From Phoronis australis (taxonomy: Eukaryota > Animalia > Phoronida): a stretch of DNA of 64,000 bases. Location of the stretch: contig NMRA01000233.1 in the NCBI GenBank assembly GCA_002633005.1, forward strand, positions 62,001 through 126,000, read 5' to 3'. Every line of letters starts with the position of its first letter. Position 1 is the stretch's first letter. Below are positions 12,357-26,200 of the stretch, piece by piece. The notes beneath the pieces are model-generated. The model did no database searches, was not told the DNA's origin, and saw only the letters and a list, made by a program, of their open reading frames with translations. The translations under genes were made by a program, and so were the position numbers.

Positions 12357-15300
12357 ATGGAGGAGAAGAGAGTAAGTTGGGGGATTAGGATTGCTTGCAA
12401 AACACATTTAACGCACAGTACAGAATATATCGTCTGTGCTACCGTCTCTACTTTGAAGTTGATATGGTGTTGCTCCCATAGCCCATTGGGCCTTCACATA
12501 CCTAGAGTAGAGCTTTTCGGCGAATTAGGCCTCACATTGATTAACCATCACTCATCAGTCATTGCCTGGCATCAATCAAAGTCACCCAGCTGTTAAGTAC
12601 CTTTTGCGCATAAAGGGAGGTTGTCAATATCTTTAATTCCTTCCAACTCGAACAAATATTTTTGTATTAGACATACTTTTTTCTGCTAGCTGCGCCAGCC
12701 GAGATGATGGTCATTGTCTAACTTTTTTCCATTACGGTGTTCCCCCGTTCAGTGACTTTACCAGACGTAGAGGGTTGTGAGTATGTGATAACATCTAGCT
12801 CCTTTGTTAACTGCCAAGCACAGAAAGAATAGATTATCGTAACTTTGGTTGCAGTTTGGCGATTTAGGCGATTCAAATACTAAACATGATCACCTTTAGA
12901 CGAGGATTTCAGAAATGCCATTGGTTTATGTTCATATTTGTTATTACTTAACTTTTATTTTTAACAGCACAGCCCAGTCAGTGTAGATACATTGTTATTG
13001 GAGATTAGAGCAATTATCGAACAAAAGAGAGCTGGCCTCCAACCATAAATGCCAGTAGGAAGTTTATCAGTCATGTAAGATATTGGCTACATGGGTTATC
13101 TTCCCAACGTATTGTTGGGCTATAGAATCGAACAAGTTGGGATCAAAGGGAAAATGCCGTAATGCTAGCAGTATCAGTCCTTCGTTCAGTTGCCCAATCA
13201 GCATCTGGCCATTTTTACACACAGGCGCTCGAATTTCCGGATAACTCATAACCATATATGGGAAACATATGTTTTCTTAGTAGTGAGTGACGCCATTTGC
13301 GATCGAGGAACAGATAAACTCAAGCGCCTGTGTTTTTACTCTGGTCGCGCCAGGAGATGTGATTCGTCCAGTCACACCTGATAGCTCATGTTGTTGTAAA
13401 CATGAGGTGAAAGGGATGACATGATGAGTTTCCTATGACTTTCAGTCATGTGCTCAAAAGAGTGTTTGAACACCATTGATGGATGGGATAATTAAAAGTA
13501 CTTTTATAGAGCAGAATTTTGAGTAATTTAAGTACTGTTCCTTGGATCACACTGGCACTCTGTAGGCTGCATTTCGTTAAATGCCCTCATGGACAGTTGG
13601 CAATGCTTGCTCTGTTAATTTCTTACAGTTGTCAACTGTCTAGGAAATGTGTATAACACACACTATTGGGAAAATATATAATTTCCTTTATTTTGTATGA
13701 AATAAGTGGATTATTACCATTCTATAACCGTGTTATTATTCACATCGTCATTACTAAATTAGATTTTTTATTGTCAGTCTTATTTGTCATTGCAGGAACT
13801 GCCTGAAAATTTACAAGACTTGCCTCCGGAGGTACCTCGTGAAGAACTGGTACATTCATCTCATTCTTCTATATAATCTTTGTGACTTATTGATATATGT
13901 TCCATGTTACTTACTGTGCAAACTGTGTTTCTCTGTTATTTCTTCGTTAATCATTAGTTACTTGTGTTTGAATAAAAAATTCAATCATTCCAATAGTGCA
14001 TCATTGTTTTTCGTTTCAGTTAACTGGTTATAAAGGTGAACGAAACTTAGTCCTAACTTTATCTCAGTCTTAGTTCTATAATGTTGATGATTAGTCAAAC
14101 GAATTCATTGCTAATTGTAATTTCAATTGTTTCAGATAAAAACAGCTGTGAAGTTCCTTCAAAACCCAAAAGTTGCTAGCAGTCCTTTAGCCCAGAAAAG
14201 GGCATTTCTGGTTAGAAAAGGTAAATCAAAATTAGTCTCAAACTGACATCAGCTCATTGGTTCAGCATGTTTTTAATAAGTTTATGGATAAAGAGTTACA
14301 TTTGCATTTTGTTGCTTAAAAATCATGCAATTCTCTTGTAAAACTGCATTTGAAAAAAATAGTGGTGTCAAAATATTTAATTCTGAAGAAAACCAAAAAC
14401 TCAGCAACTTAGAATAAGTGCAAATATCCAGACAAAGTATCGAATTACTGATCTTGGACTTGTCTGACTCTGACTCAAAACTTGACCAATCATGAATCAA
14501 ATGCAAATTTGCATGTTTAGTCAAAGCGTGCCATGCAATTGGTCAATTTTCAAGTTGAGTTTCGAATTCAGGCTAAGACCCTGGGCCCAGGAGTGGGTGG
14601 CTTCAGATTGGCTCTTGCTTTTAAAATTAATAGACTCTGTAGAAATAATTGTCAATTTTCAAGTGGAATTTAAGGACAGAGACTAAACCCCGAATGCAGA
14701 AGTAGCCAGCTTCAAATTGGTTCTCGTTTTAGTTGACTCTGTATTAATAACATGCCTAACTGTTACAGGACTCACTCAGCAAGAAATAGACATTGCCATT
14801 CACAAGTCAGGAGCTTCGGAAGCTGAGAACGCCAGAGTTGAGGCCCAGAATCACCATCTTACCAATGGCGCTCCAACACACACTGCTTTAGTTGCAGGTA
14901 CTTTCTCTCTACGCTCTGCTAGGCAGGCATGTTGTCTGGCTGAGTTTCTTTCCTTCTAACTTGAAGAGATAAGTCTGACACTTAGTTGGACTCAAGTATG
15001 TAGTCTTGAGTCCCCTTTCGTGCTCGTCGCCTCGGTAATGCAAAAGGCACAGCTTCCATATTCACAAGCATACAGAATATACACGCATGTAGCAGAACTT
15101 TCAGGGCTCCTAAGGTTATTGCAGGAGAGGTCTTGCTGTGAGTAGGGTCCGAGTTGGGAACATCTTCTCTTTCACTCACATAATGAAGACAATGTTCACG
15201 TGACTTTCTCAGCTTTTAATGTTGATTCATGGTGTCTCCAATGTTTTGGGGACTGACGATTCGAAGAGGGCTTGCCATAGTTATGTTAGTATCATCATTG

Positions 15301-18300
15301 GATGGCACTGAGTGGTTTCAGCACCGATGACCTCGAGTTCAGGTACAGTTTTAGCAGGATTGGCAATTCAACGGGGTTCTGAAGGTTGCAGATGAGAGAA
15401 AACATGACGAAAAATAACATTTGAGTGAATTTACTGAGGACAATGTGTTAAAATCCAATTCAGCTGCTTTATGGTGTCAAAGTAAAAATCAGTCCTTTCC
15501 TGTTAAGCTGTCAAGACATAAACTTAGCATGATCAGCTTATGAGAGTGATTCTGATCACCATGGAGTCGAAACCCGCTTCATGGAATATCCTGTTTATAA
15601 CAATAATTGATAGAAACCGAAGGTATGATATAAAGTAGACTCCACTGCAGATAAAGAAATGCCACATACTTTATTCAGCCCATGGTGCATGTATGTTGTG
15701 AGTTCAAGGGATTGATGCATAGTTTACTTACTTTTTGTTGAAATGTACCATCGCTCTCATTAATATGTCTGCTTAGATTGTGAGCGATGTTACAAATTTG
15801 TTACAGGATTTCTTTGCCTGAGTGTGAACTTGACAGGGATTGCATACTAAATGTTTCCTCACTTTAAAGTCAACACATCAATGCACTATAATGCCAGACC
15901 GTCAGTGATTCATATCGTAATATAAAATTGCATGCTTTGTTTGTTATAGCTCCTATACCAGCGTCTCGGTGGGCAAGGTTTCGCGATATCACCTCAACAA
16001 TTTTCGTTATTGGCGGTGTGTCATATGGAGTCTACACTCTTGTTAAGGTCAGTCTTGGAAATAATGCAATTTTCCATCATTTCTAGGAATGTTTAAGACA
16101 TGTTTTGATAATTATTTGACCATTCTTATTGTTGACATGCAGTAACTAATATGCAAATATTTTTCCTAAAAATATGTGACAAAATTGTCATAATTTTTGT
16201 AATCTGTTGTAACGTTATTTATCTTACAACATATAAAAACTGGCAAGTGTTGTTTTGAGATTGTTGAACCATGAAGGAGGATTTCTTAATGTTTTTATCA
16301 AAAATATGACAACTATCCATTTTGTGCTGTGTTGCGTATTGATGAATTACCGCCAAAATTTTGTGATGCTTGTACCACACCCACTGGTAATATCAGGAGG
16401 ACTTGACAACATGGAATACTGTAATTACTAACACAACTTGTGAAATAGGATGTTTCAGTTTCTTGTGCTGACCTATAATAACCGATATGGTCAAATTTCA
16501 CTGAAATTTATGTTTATTAATATATTTTTCAAAATCTTCTAAAACTGTTGTGAGTGTTGACAATTTCTCAAAACAGTGACTGGTGGTGGCGATGTTGTAG
16601 AACTTAGAAGTGGTGAAGCTAAGAAATATCACTTTTCTGCCATGTTGTGTCCTAAATTGAAGAGATGTTACCGTACTTCACTTATTTATTGCCCTGCTTC
16701 CAGAATTATGTGTTCAGCTGATCAAAATAGAATTGATATTTAATTTGATATTTCCCTGATGGTGTGAGACATTCTCATGGTGCTTGGTGAGTGAAAAACC
16801 GTGCCATGTTGTATTATAACCTCGGTGCTGTTCTCAATTTCATTTTTTAACATTTTTTTTCAGTCCTATATTGTGCCTCGGTTACGTGGCACGCAAGCGA
16901 AAGATCGACTAGATCAGCTCAATGACTCTGTAACAGACTTACAGACAAATATGGTGGCTACTCTCGCCAAGATACAAGAAAATTTAAACGCCATACAACA
17001 GGTCCTAGAAAGACAGGAGGGCGCAACAAACAACGTGTTGCGATCACTTAGAACTACGGAGGTAGTTAGCAATAGTTTTGCTTACCTGGTATCATTGATG
17101 ATTTTTTTAAAGTAAAAATTCTTTGTTCAGTCTTTGTCTCTAGAAATTCTTGGAGTACAGTCGTAGTTGTTATTGAATAAATTATGGTAATCTGAAGAAA
17201 ATGATGTTGTGGTGATACAGATGTGCATCACACAGTCAAATGGTACATCCAAAATGATTTCATGGTAACTGGTACCACCTGTTTAATATGATTCCACATT
17301 TATTCCTAACAGAATCTATCTGAAGACGGTGTGCGACTAGGTATGTCTGAAGTCAAGGCTGAGGTGGCGTCCTTGAAAGGTCTTTTACTTAGTAGGTGAG
17401 TTTGTGATGTTTGACTGCCAGAGTGCAATTGAATTGGATGTTTTGACTCTTCATATTAAGTGATCTGATCAATGGAACCTATTGCCAAGCATAATAGCAA
17501 TGTTATGTGGTTTAAGCGATCCACTAAAATCTCACTGGCTGATTTAAGATGCCATGAAGGGAACTCCAACAACAATTTCCATAGGACTAACATTCACATA
17601 TTGTTTTTGGCCATGTCTAGACAGGCGACCTGAGCCTTATGACCCATTCCATATCTGAGTGTAGATGCCATGTCAGATCAGTAACCTCTGAAATTAGCAT
17701 TACAAATATATCTGAAAGAAGTCTGTTGGATATTTTACATTTCAGTTTTGTTCAAAACAGAGGCTGTCTTAGCAATATACGGTTGCACCTTCTCACCTCC
17801 TCGTGGCCTGTTAACAAAATTGTAGCAATGCACAATGTTGTGGTGGCTGGTTCATGCTTGGGAACTTTTCTCTCGCCAGACCTTGGCTTGGTGTTATGAT
17901 TTCTCCACCCCTACTTCCATCCATTAAACCATGAAGAAAAGATAATACTGTGAATGGAACCGTGAGGTACAATGATAACGAGTGTCAACAATACATGATA
18001 AGTGAATATACCATGAGTACCATGTAAGTACCACGAGTACTACATTTACAAAATTTTGCCATAGTTTCACATCGGTCTCTTGCCACTGCAGGCGCCAGTT
18101 TCCTCCAACTCCAGCTCAGACGCCCATCATTCCTTCTTGGCAGTTGGCAGAAAAAGAAACAGTTATAAATGAAACGCAGCCAGCTAGTGATACAGGTGAA
18201 GTCACACCAGTGGAGTCAAAGGTAAAGTGATGTGTGGATATAATTATAAATGGATGTGTAAAATTTGATTTGATCAGCATGCCTTCATATCTGATGTAAT

Positions 18301-19147
18301 GTAGAACGTGGTGGTGCTTTCATGTACGTAAACACGCACATGGATAATTTATGGGAAAGTTATCAACGCTTGTGATTTGGATTTAGACATTTTTTTTTGC
18401 TTTATCTGTGAATAATCACAGATGTTAGTGGCTTTGTATGCTATCAAGAAAGCTGTAAGTATATCAAACATATATGACTGAGGGTGTTACTTTGAAACAC
18501 CAGAAACATGAAATAGGTTGAGTGAAAGATCATCTGCAGTAGACATGGAACATTGGAAGGATTTTGCAACCCTGTCAAAACTGATGACATTTTTAAGTCA
18601 CCTTTTTATGCGGAAACCCTGAACAGCCTGTGTTGGGATGAAAATGATTTCACGTCATGGAATGAGAAGGTTCCAGTTATGTTTTGTGTGGTTTTCTGAG
18701 TAAACAGGTTAACATTATTGTAATTTAGTTACTGAGTTTTGCAGCGATATGAATTCTGACTGAGTGAAGGAAGTTGCATTACAAAAAGGCTCATTGCTTG
18801 CTGAAATGGAATTTGAACATTTTATCATCACATGACTTTAATCAGGGTTACTTAATGTTTCATTTGTGACTCGTTTGAAGTAAACCAATAATACATTCCT
18901 CTTATTATTATGTTACTTTTTTCAGCCACAGCCAGTCACAGGCAAGAAGCCATCGGCAGATGAGGCAAGTGTTATGAGCGAGCCCACTATAGTGAGCGAT
19001 GCACAGGGCAATGATGGAGACATGCAACCTGAACTGAATGGATCTGTTGGTGAAGTCAAGGTCAGTCCAACAGCTCAGAATGGTGAGAACGTGTCGCAGA
19101 CTGATGAAATCAAAATGGAGGACAACATGCAAGAACAAATGACCTGA
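12357..19147 (+). CDS. PEX14: Peroxisomal membrane protein PEX14, about 337 aa, 9 coding exons
   Basis: Exons 12357-12371, 13796-13849, 14136-14220, 14769-14897, 15950-16047, 16864-17061, 17313-17395, 18092-18221 and 18926-19147 are in frame. Features: Pex14_N motif [43 protein letters not shown], a TM segment, a coiled coil, EVKAEVASLKGLLLSRRQFP and IPSWQ. AATAAA at 19571. Confidence 0.95.
13220..13332. mobile_element. 113-bp non-autonomous DNA transposon, copy 2
   Basis: TIRs cacaggcgctcga / tcaagcgcctgtg, with flanks tttttaca / tttttact (8-bp TSD, 1 mismatch). Homologous to 6213-6326. Confidence 0.8.
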
Positions 19148-20228
19148 ACATTGTGGGGTATTTTAGATCAGTTGAGTGATATTATGATGCAATAATGTAT
19201 ATTCGTGTCCTGTTGGTGTCGCTGAAGCTAAACAAGTCAAGTGAGTGTTTTTTGATCAGCTTGGAATAGCTAGTTCGAGATTCATTTGAGATAAAAAAAC
19301 ATTCCACTTGATTTTGAGGTCTGTTTTGAGTAAAGTTTTAATTATCAAATAGGTATGGGTATGCACAATCAATATCATCTGCTAAGTATTTTTATGTGGT
19401 GGAAACAATTACTCGCAAGAAGCTTTACTGCATTGAAAGCTCTTTGCATTCAAGGTTATTCAACGCATATCTCTTCACTCAAGCCAAGCCTCACATTTGG
19501 TGCTATGCTAGTTCTTGGATACGCGTAACGTCAGACTTGTTTATAAATTGGAGTTTTACTGTTTACTACTAATAAATATTTGAGTACACAAATTCACTAT
19601 TTTGTTCAATTGGAGATATCAAATTCTGGCATCACTAAGTTTTATTCTCTCTGATTGGGTTCATGTTGTCTATTTAAGGGTTAACCACAGACTAAGATAC
19701 CAATCATACCATATCCAAAATGAAATGTTACATATAAACCATTAATGTTTAACTTATTTTATTTCCATTTATACATATATTACATTTATTTACATAAAAT
19801 GAATATCACTTTTCACAAACAGATGCTCATATATATCGTAGATATAAACAGTTATGTATAATTCGAATTACATTTCTAATACAGGACCAATGCATTTAGA
19901 ACATTACAAAGTCTTATTGTTTTTTGTTGTCGTTTTTACTCACAAAGTGACTGGCAGTATGAATGTTTAATAATTTAAGCCAACCTAAAGTCATGTATAA
20001 TTGTCAAAAACATGATCAAATGAAATGGACTAAAGCTGCTGTAGTAAAAAATAAATTATGGAATGCATTGGTGAATTTGGACCTTACTAGATCTTACAGC
20101 ACAAATCGGTTGTTTCCTCCCTCAATCAATTATTAAGTCAAGAAGCGCGTTCTGTTCCTGCAAGAATTACAGATTTACGGTGACACTGTTCACAGGTTGA
20201 ACAATATTCCAGATCTTTTACTCCACCA

Positions 20229-23200
20229 TCACACTATGGCATCAGGAACATCGTCCCCGTACACAGGTTTCCAGTAGTAATGTCGCCTAATGTCAGTGTT
20301 CAATTCTGCTAGATATGTGACACCGTCAACAACATACGGTCGGACGTCGGTGCTCTCTTCAGTTAGGCGGCCAGCTTCTATCAGAGACGCAAACGCCTGA
20401 AAATACAGGGTCATGTTGTACTGACCTTTATCACAGACTTCCATAATGTAATCAAGTGCTGTGTAGGGGATGAAAACGATTCCATGGACACATCTCTCAA
20501 AGCCTGCTACGATCCTCTAATCCCCAAAACCAAACCAGCAGATAACAAACCCGCGGCACAAACCTCTCAACATGTACCTGAAAACTCTACCTGTGCCAAA
20601 AATGATCTATGCATGAGTACCAAACTGCTGTCCCAGAAGTCAAATTGATGCCAGCAGTATCGGCTTAGTGCGGAAATCATAATGCATGTGACATTAGTTT
20701 TAAATTTATAACTTCAACTTGAAACCAGCTCTGACTAGAACATCCACAAAAGTTGAACTGCATAATTATTTAAAATGTAAAATATATGATAAATGAGTTA
20801 ACTAACTATCAAACTACATTGGAAAAGATGTCATCAAATTCTCTCAATAAGTGAAAGTTGAGCCCTAACCTAATGTCATGTACAGCACCATCCCCGGTTA
20901 GTTATTGTTAGGCACAAACATTATAGTCAAGCTTTTTATACAGTGAGTAAAAGTTCTCAATATCTCTGGGTTTGACTTCTGATTGAATAGAGATGACCAA
21001 TCACATCAGCAGCTAAACAGAAATTTGGTGAGTTTGACTTGACATGGTTATTGCTCTCTGTTGCTTATACAAATATTGAAGTGATTGGAACTTCTACGTA
21101 CAATGCAAGCACTCTCCTCATGGTTATTTCCCCAGATGAAAATATTGTCCAGCGTCGTGTTCATCTTCAGACAGTCTGCCAGTGCACACAGTCCTTTGCC
21201 ATTCATTTCATTGTACTTCACGACAAGCCTGCAACAAATATGGAACAGATAAGAAATGGCTAAGTCATAATCTGTTATGAATTTCTGACGACAAAAATGA
21301 CCATGATGAAATCAAGACCAAAGCTTAGGACGCTACAGAGGAGGCTAAGGCAATTTTTGGACCAAATGACAAAACAGCATGGCTGTTGTACTGTTAACAT
21401 TCACAATTTTGTCAATATATTTTTGCAGTCTAGCAATGTGAAGTTATATCAATTTTCGGTCTCGGGACTTAAAGGAGTAACCATGAGTTTTGTGAATTGA
21501 GCCCCATGCATCATTTAATTTTGACACAATGCGTTTATGGAGTCTTGAGGCTTACTTACGTTTTGAGATTGGTATTTGAAGTCAGCAGTGCTTTGGCTAT
21601 GTGTATAGCCCCATCATCCTGCAGTCTATTGTTACCAAGATCAAGAACCTGAAGAGCTGTGTTCATTCTCAGTACCTTGGCCAGTTGTTCTGCTCCGTCT
21701 CTTGTTAATCTATTTCTGTGAAATTAAAAACAATCATTTCATTAAAATTTGTTACGATTTTTTTCAAAAAATATTCTTTATCACTAAAATGAACCCAAGA
21801 ACTTTTGAAAAGCAAAAGATGCTCTCATTGAAAGGAAAGTTTTCTCATCTAAAATATGTCAATTAAATAATGGAAAAAATACATAAATAACTGTCAGTGA
21901 GTTGATGTTGTCTTTCCCTTTTTCACAAAAATCAATTTCATAAACTGAAAGATATCGCTAAAATAAGAATTCATCCTAATGCAGAGGTGTGTAATGTAAT
22001 ACATTTTTTACTCATTGCTGTCACTTTTTAAAGTTAAAATAGCGCATGAAGTCAGATGTCATTCAAAGAAGGTGGCATTTTGAGGAGCACCATCAGAAAT
22101 TGAAAAAAAAAATCATTCCTTAAAACTGGTTAATTTTGAAAACATTTGTGCCAGAGCATCATTATGAACACCAGGAATCCATGAGTCCAGGTAAAAATTG
22201 ACTGTTGTACGATCACCTGATGGTTGGAGTTTGCTAAATGCTAATACAGTAGCCCACTGAATTCAGTCCAGCTGCTTGGGCTGCTTGGTCACTTATGTAA
22301 TCCTTTATGACACATCACAAAACAATGTGTGCCTGTCGACAGTTGGTTGGCAGGGAATGGGACAATTGAAACTTGCATTTCAGTTCACAAATTTAATTGG
22401 GTTTTGGCTTAAATTTTCACCTGTATTAGTTCGGTCATGTAACAAGTTTAGACGAAATTAGTGTGTGCAGTACAGTGGAAAGAGTGTTCAACTGAAAAAA
22501 GATGTTTTTGATACCCAAGAACATGTAGGTTCACATCCTCTGTCACAAATGACAATCCTAAAAACAGGCAAACCAGTTTGGTATACTTACGCTCTTAGAC
22601 TGAGATGCGTTAAGCAGAAGTTGTCTAAAAGATTTTCCACCATTCTTGTGATCCCAAAATCCCTCATGTCGTACTTCATCATATGCAGTTGTTTGAGAGT
22701 TCTGTTAACCTGAAAAACATTTCTACCAATCATAATTATAATACTACACAGACATGTGATACTCAACAATTGACACTGGACAAAACCAAGGATCCTTCAA
22801 AATGCAATTTTCCAAGTCTAAACAACATTCCCACATCCAGACACCAGGCTCATGTCTAGACATCACGCCCAGGTCTAGACATCACGCCCAGGTCTAGACA
22901 TCATGCCCAGGTCTAGACATCACGCCCAGGTCTAGACACCACACCCAGGTCTAGACATCACGCCCAGGTCTAGACATCACGCCCAGGTCTAGACACCATG
23001 CAATGATGTCAACATCCTTCAAAGGATATCCTACCTTCAAAAACACAGGAATAGATTATGAAAGCCAACCAATGTGATGCATTATTTGAGATAACTCAAT
23101 TTAAGTCAGGGTTTCAGGCTTTTGTGCGTTGTAACATTTAAGTTTAAAGAATGTCATTTAACTTTCTGTAATTCATCAGCCATTTCGTTTGAAAAAAACA

Positions 23201-26200
23201 ATTGAAGAAAAAATTGCCACTTGCTATTTTTCAAAGCCTGATTTTTATATTGCTACGACTAAATAATCAATATTTTTACAAAGCATTGCTATAACATCTG
23301 CATATTACAGACTATACTAAGCAGAGTAAAATTTTACTTCAACTTATGAACTTTAGCCAAAAAAGTGACAGAATGGCATGCAGCTCTAAACAAGGGAAAA
23401 ACTACTTTAGCGTAGATTGTCATACCTTGAGCATTTTGGCAAAGTGAATTGTGGGCTCCTCACTGTGGGTGAACAATATTGGCCGGTCAACATTCAGGGC
23501 TTGAAGTGATCTGTTATGATGTAGAACAGTGCTTAAGGCAATCAGACTTTCAATTCTCTGAAATAAACAAAGAACATGAATTTTGTGTACTTGAAAACTC
23601 CTCGGCACTTTGGTCAGAAACACTTCATTTAATTCTCAATGACAAAGACTGATTACTATGATACAATTTTTTTAAGTGAAAAATAATTTCACTATTCACA
23701 GGATTATATAATTAATCAACAACATACTGAAGCTTGTCCAGAAAGCAGTCCAACCAGAACTAAGTGCAAGAACAACTGACAGTTGCTCATTTTTAATTCA
23801 CATGTTTTAATTCACGTTTCTGTGCCAATCTGAAGCAACTTAAATAAATAAATTCAAATCAATTGGCATTCCAAAACTAGAGCATTTTTAGTAAATCTGT
23901 TAACTCATTACTAGCTGCAGTACACCAGTGCTTTCTGTCAAGATACAGGTTTTGATTGAGTGGTCACTTCTTGAAGAGAGCCTCGACCAGCTCCACAGTC
24001 AAAATATATGTGATTTCTGGTCTTCAAAAGAGTTGGCAATTAGTTATGTATTCAAACCAAGCTCACGGAATGTTGGGTTACAGTTCTATTACCAGAAATT
24101 TCACGAGAGTGGTCTGAAAATGTAACGAACTGTCAGTTCATTTCACACACAGAGAACACTGTCTTCTAAACCGAGGAACAATGTAAGACCAATTTTATCA
24201 TGGTGAGTGGCCTAAATCAACAATTTTTTGACAGAAAGAACTGGTGTAATGCAGTTTTAAATAAGCAATGCCTCATTGGTTAATGTACCTAATTTGCACT
24301 ATTAAGACAAAAAAGACTATTGACAAAAGTCACATAAAATATCACATTTAAAAATTCGTTTTTGTTTAGAATACCATTTGCTGTTACATTCCAGCTTGGA
24401 CTGAATGACATAGAGCAATTGCTTTGTTGTGCAGATCTAATCACTCTGACCTTTGTCTAATTAGTTGCAACTTTAATGCGACCTAAGCCTATTATTAAAA
24501 GAATCCAACTAACGCCCTCTACCCCTCTAATTCTTGTCTTATCCTGAACAAGTAATGACATGTCCTGCCAAACCTATCAAAGTGTTATTAACGTTTGTTT
24601 TGTTGAAACTTTAATTACACTGTATAAATATCACTGCACGTGGCTCTAACATTGAGTTACCTGGTCTGTGTCTGAAAGGTCCAGTTCCTGCAGGGTCTCG
24701 TTAATCTGCAACATCTGTGCAAAGTACATACCACCCTTGTCTCCTACCTTGTTACCGGTCAACTTAATTACCTTCAGAGATTGATTTGTCTGAAATACGC
24801 AATAAGCAGTGTTAATGAAATATTTCAACTTCTAATTGTTATCTACTCAACATTTTTTACAAACTTCACTAATGGCCAATATCAACATCTCACATACTGG
24901 TAAATTGCTGATTATATATTTGTCCAAATCTCATGTGAAAAAGGCAAATGTTGCTCATGGGACGGGTGACATAACAGTTGACTGCAAACAGTAGAATTGC
25001 ACAGACATTGGGTCCTCAGTAGCTCAGTGGTAAGAGCACTAGACCAGCAATCCAGAGACCTGTGGTTCAATTACCAGATGGGGTTCCTCAGATTTTTCTG
25101 TGTTTATTTGATTACTGGTTTGTTAAATGGCCAAATTATGTCGCACACCAATCAGGAATAATGACGAGCATAACATGGCAAGTGTACGAAAGCTTTAAGT
25201 TGTAAAAGCCATATTTATTGTCTGATTTTCAAAATTCCAAAAACCTAACGAGTACTTTTCACAAACTATTCAAATATGCTAATTATAAACTTTCAAAAAA
25301 TAGTATTGTCGCCCCCAGTGTGTTTATGATGAATCACATTATCTAGAGAGCGATAAAATCAGCATTCCGAGGAAATTTAATTAGCTACAACAGCATTGTG
25401 TCTGTAATCAATGCGGTAGATTTTAAGGCATGTAAACGGTCGAGTTAACCATGCAACCATGAATGGTGAGGGTGTCAACATAAGATTACTTTCGTGTTTG
25501 AATGAAACAAATTCTTCAACATACATGCAGTGCTTTTGCCAGTAGTCTTGCTCCCTCCTCTTTGATATCATTCGCCATTAAATTCAAGTGCCAAATAGAC
25601 GTGGATTCCTGGAAGAATGAATGCTCTTAATAAACATATTTCATAATTTAAAACAGCAAATGTGATGTCAATATACCCAGTAAATATAACGAACAAGAAA
25701 TTTAAAGTTCATAAATCAAGCTGGCACAGACTCTAGGTACCTTCAGTAGCACATCTACTAACTAAAGGCACTTGATATTTAGATACATTTTACACTACAT
25801 GTTTGCAGTTTTACAATGCCAACAGTTTGCATTGCTTCATTACTTGGGGTCATATTTTTCAAAAAAAAATAATTTCATTAATCACCATATTAAACCGTGA
25901 TATCAAGGTAGTTCTGAACAGAATTGAAATTTCCAAGCAATCATTTCAGCCTGAGAGTTGGATTCACAGCCTGTATAAGCCCCATGCACTAGTAAAACCC
26001 AGACAACAGAATTGGAGAATATTTTGACGTTCAATATATTTCTCCTTGTGAGCTCAATTTATCTAATTCAGTCATTCATTTCATTCACTGACTGAGGCCT
26101 CAATAAGCATGAAATTGATGATCTTTGCTCCACAGACAGACTAGCTTAAAGAGAACTTAATATTCAATAAGTTCTCTTTAAGCTAGGCTGTAAGGTATAT

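Noticed and set aside
20863-20873. ccctaacctaa in the last LRRC34 intron, checked because vertebrate TERC is near LRRC34
   Set aside because: Only 8 nt match the telomeric repeat, and no telomerase RNA structural elements are visible.
22854-23001. Regular short repeats resembling a CRISPR array
   Set aside because: No unique spacers and no cas genes; it is a eukaryotic intronic minisatellite.
25011-25087. Possible functional tRNA-Ala gene
   Set aside because: Acceptor, anticodon and T stems are mismatched, and the tail is shared with other dispersed copies, so it is better explained as a SINE head.
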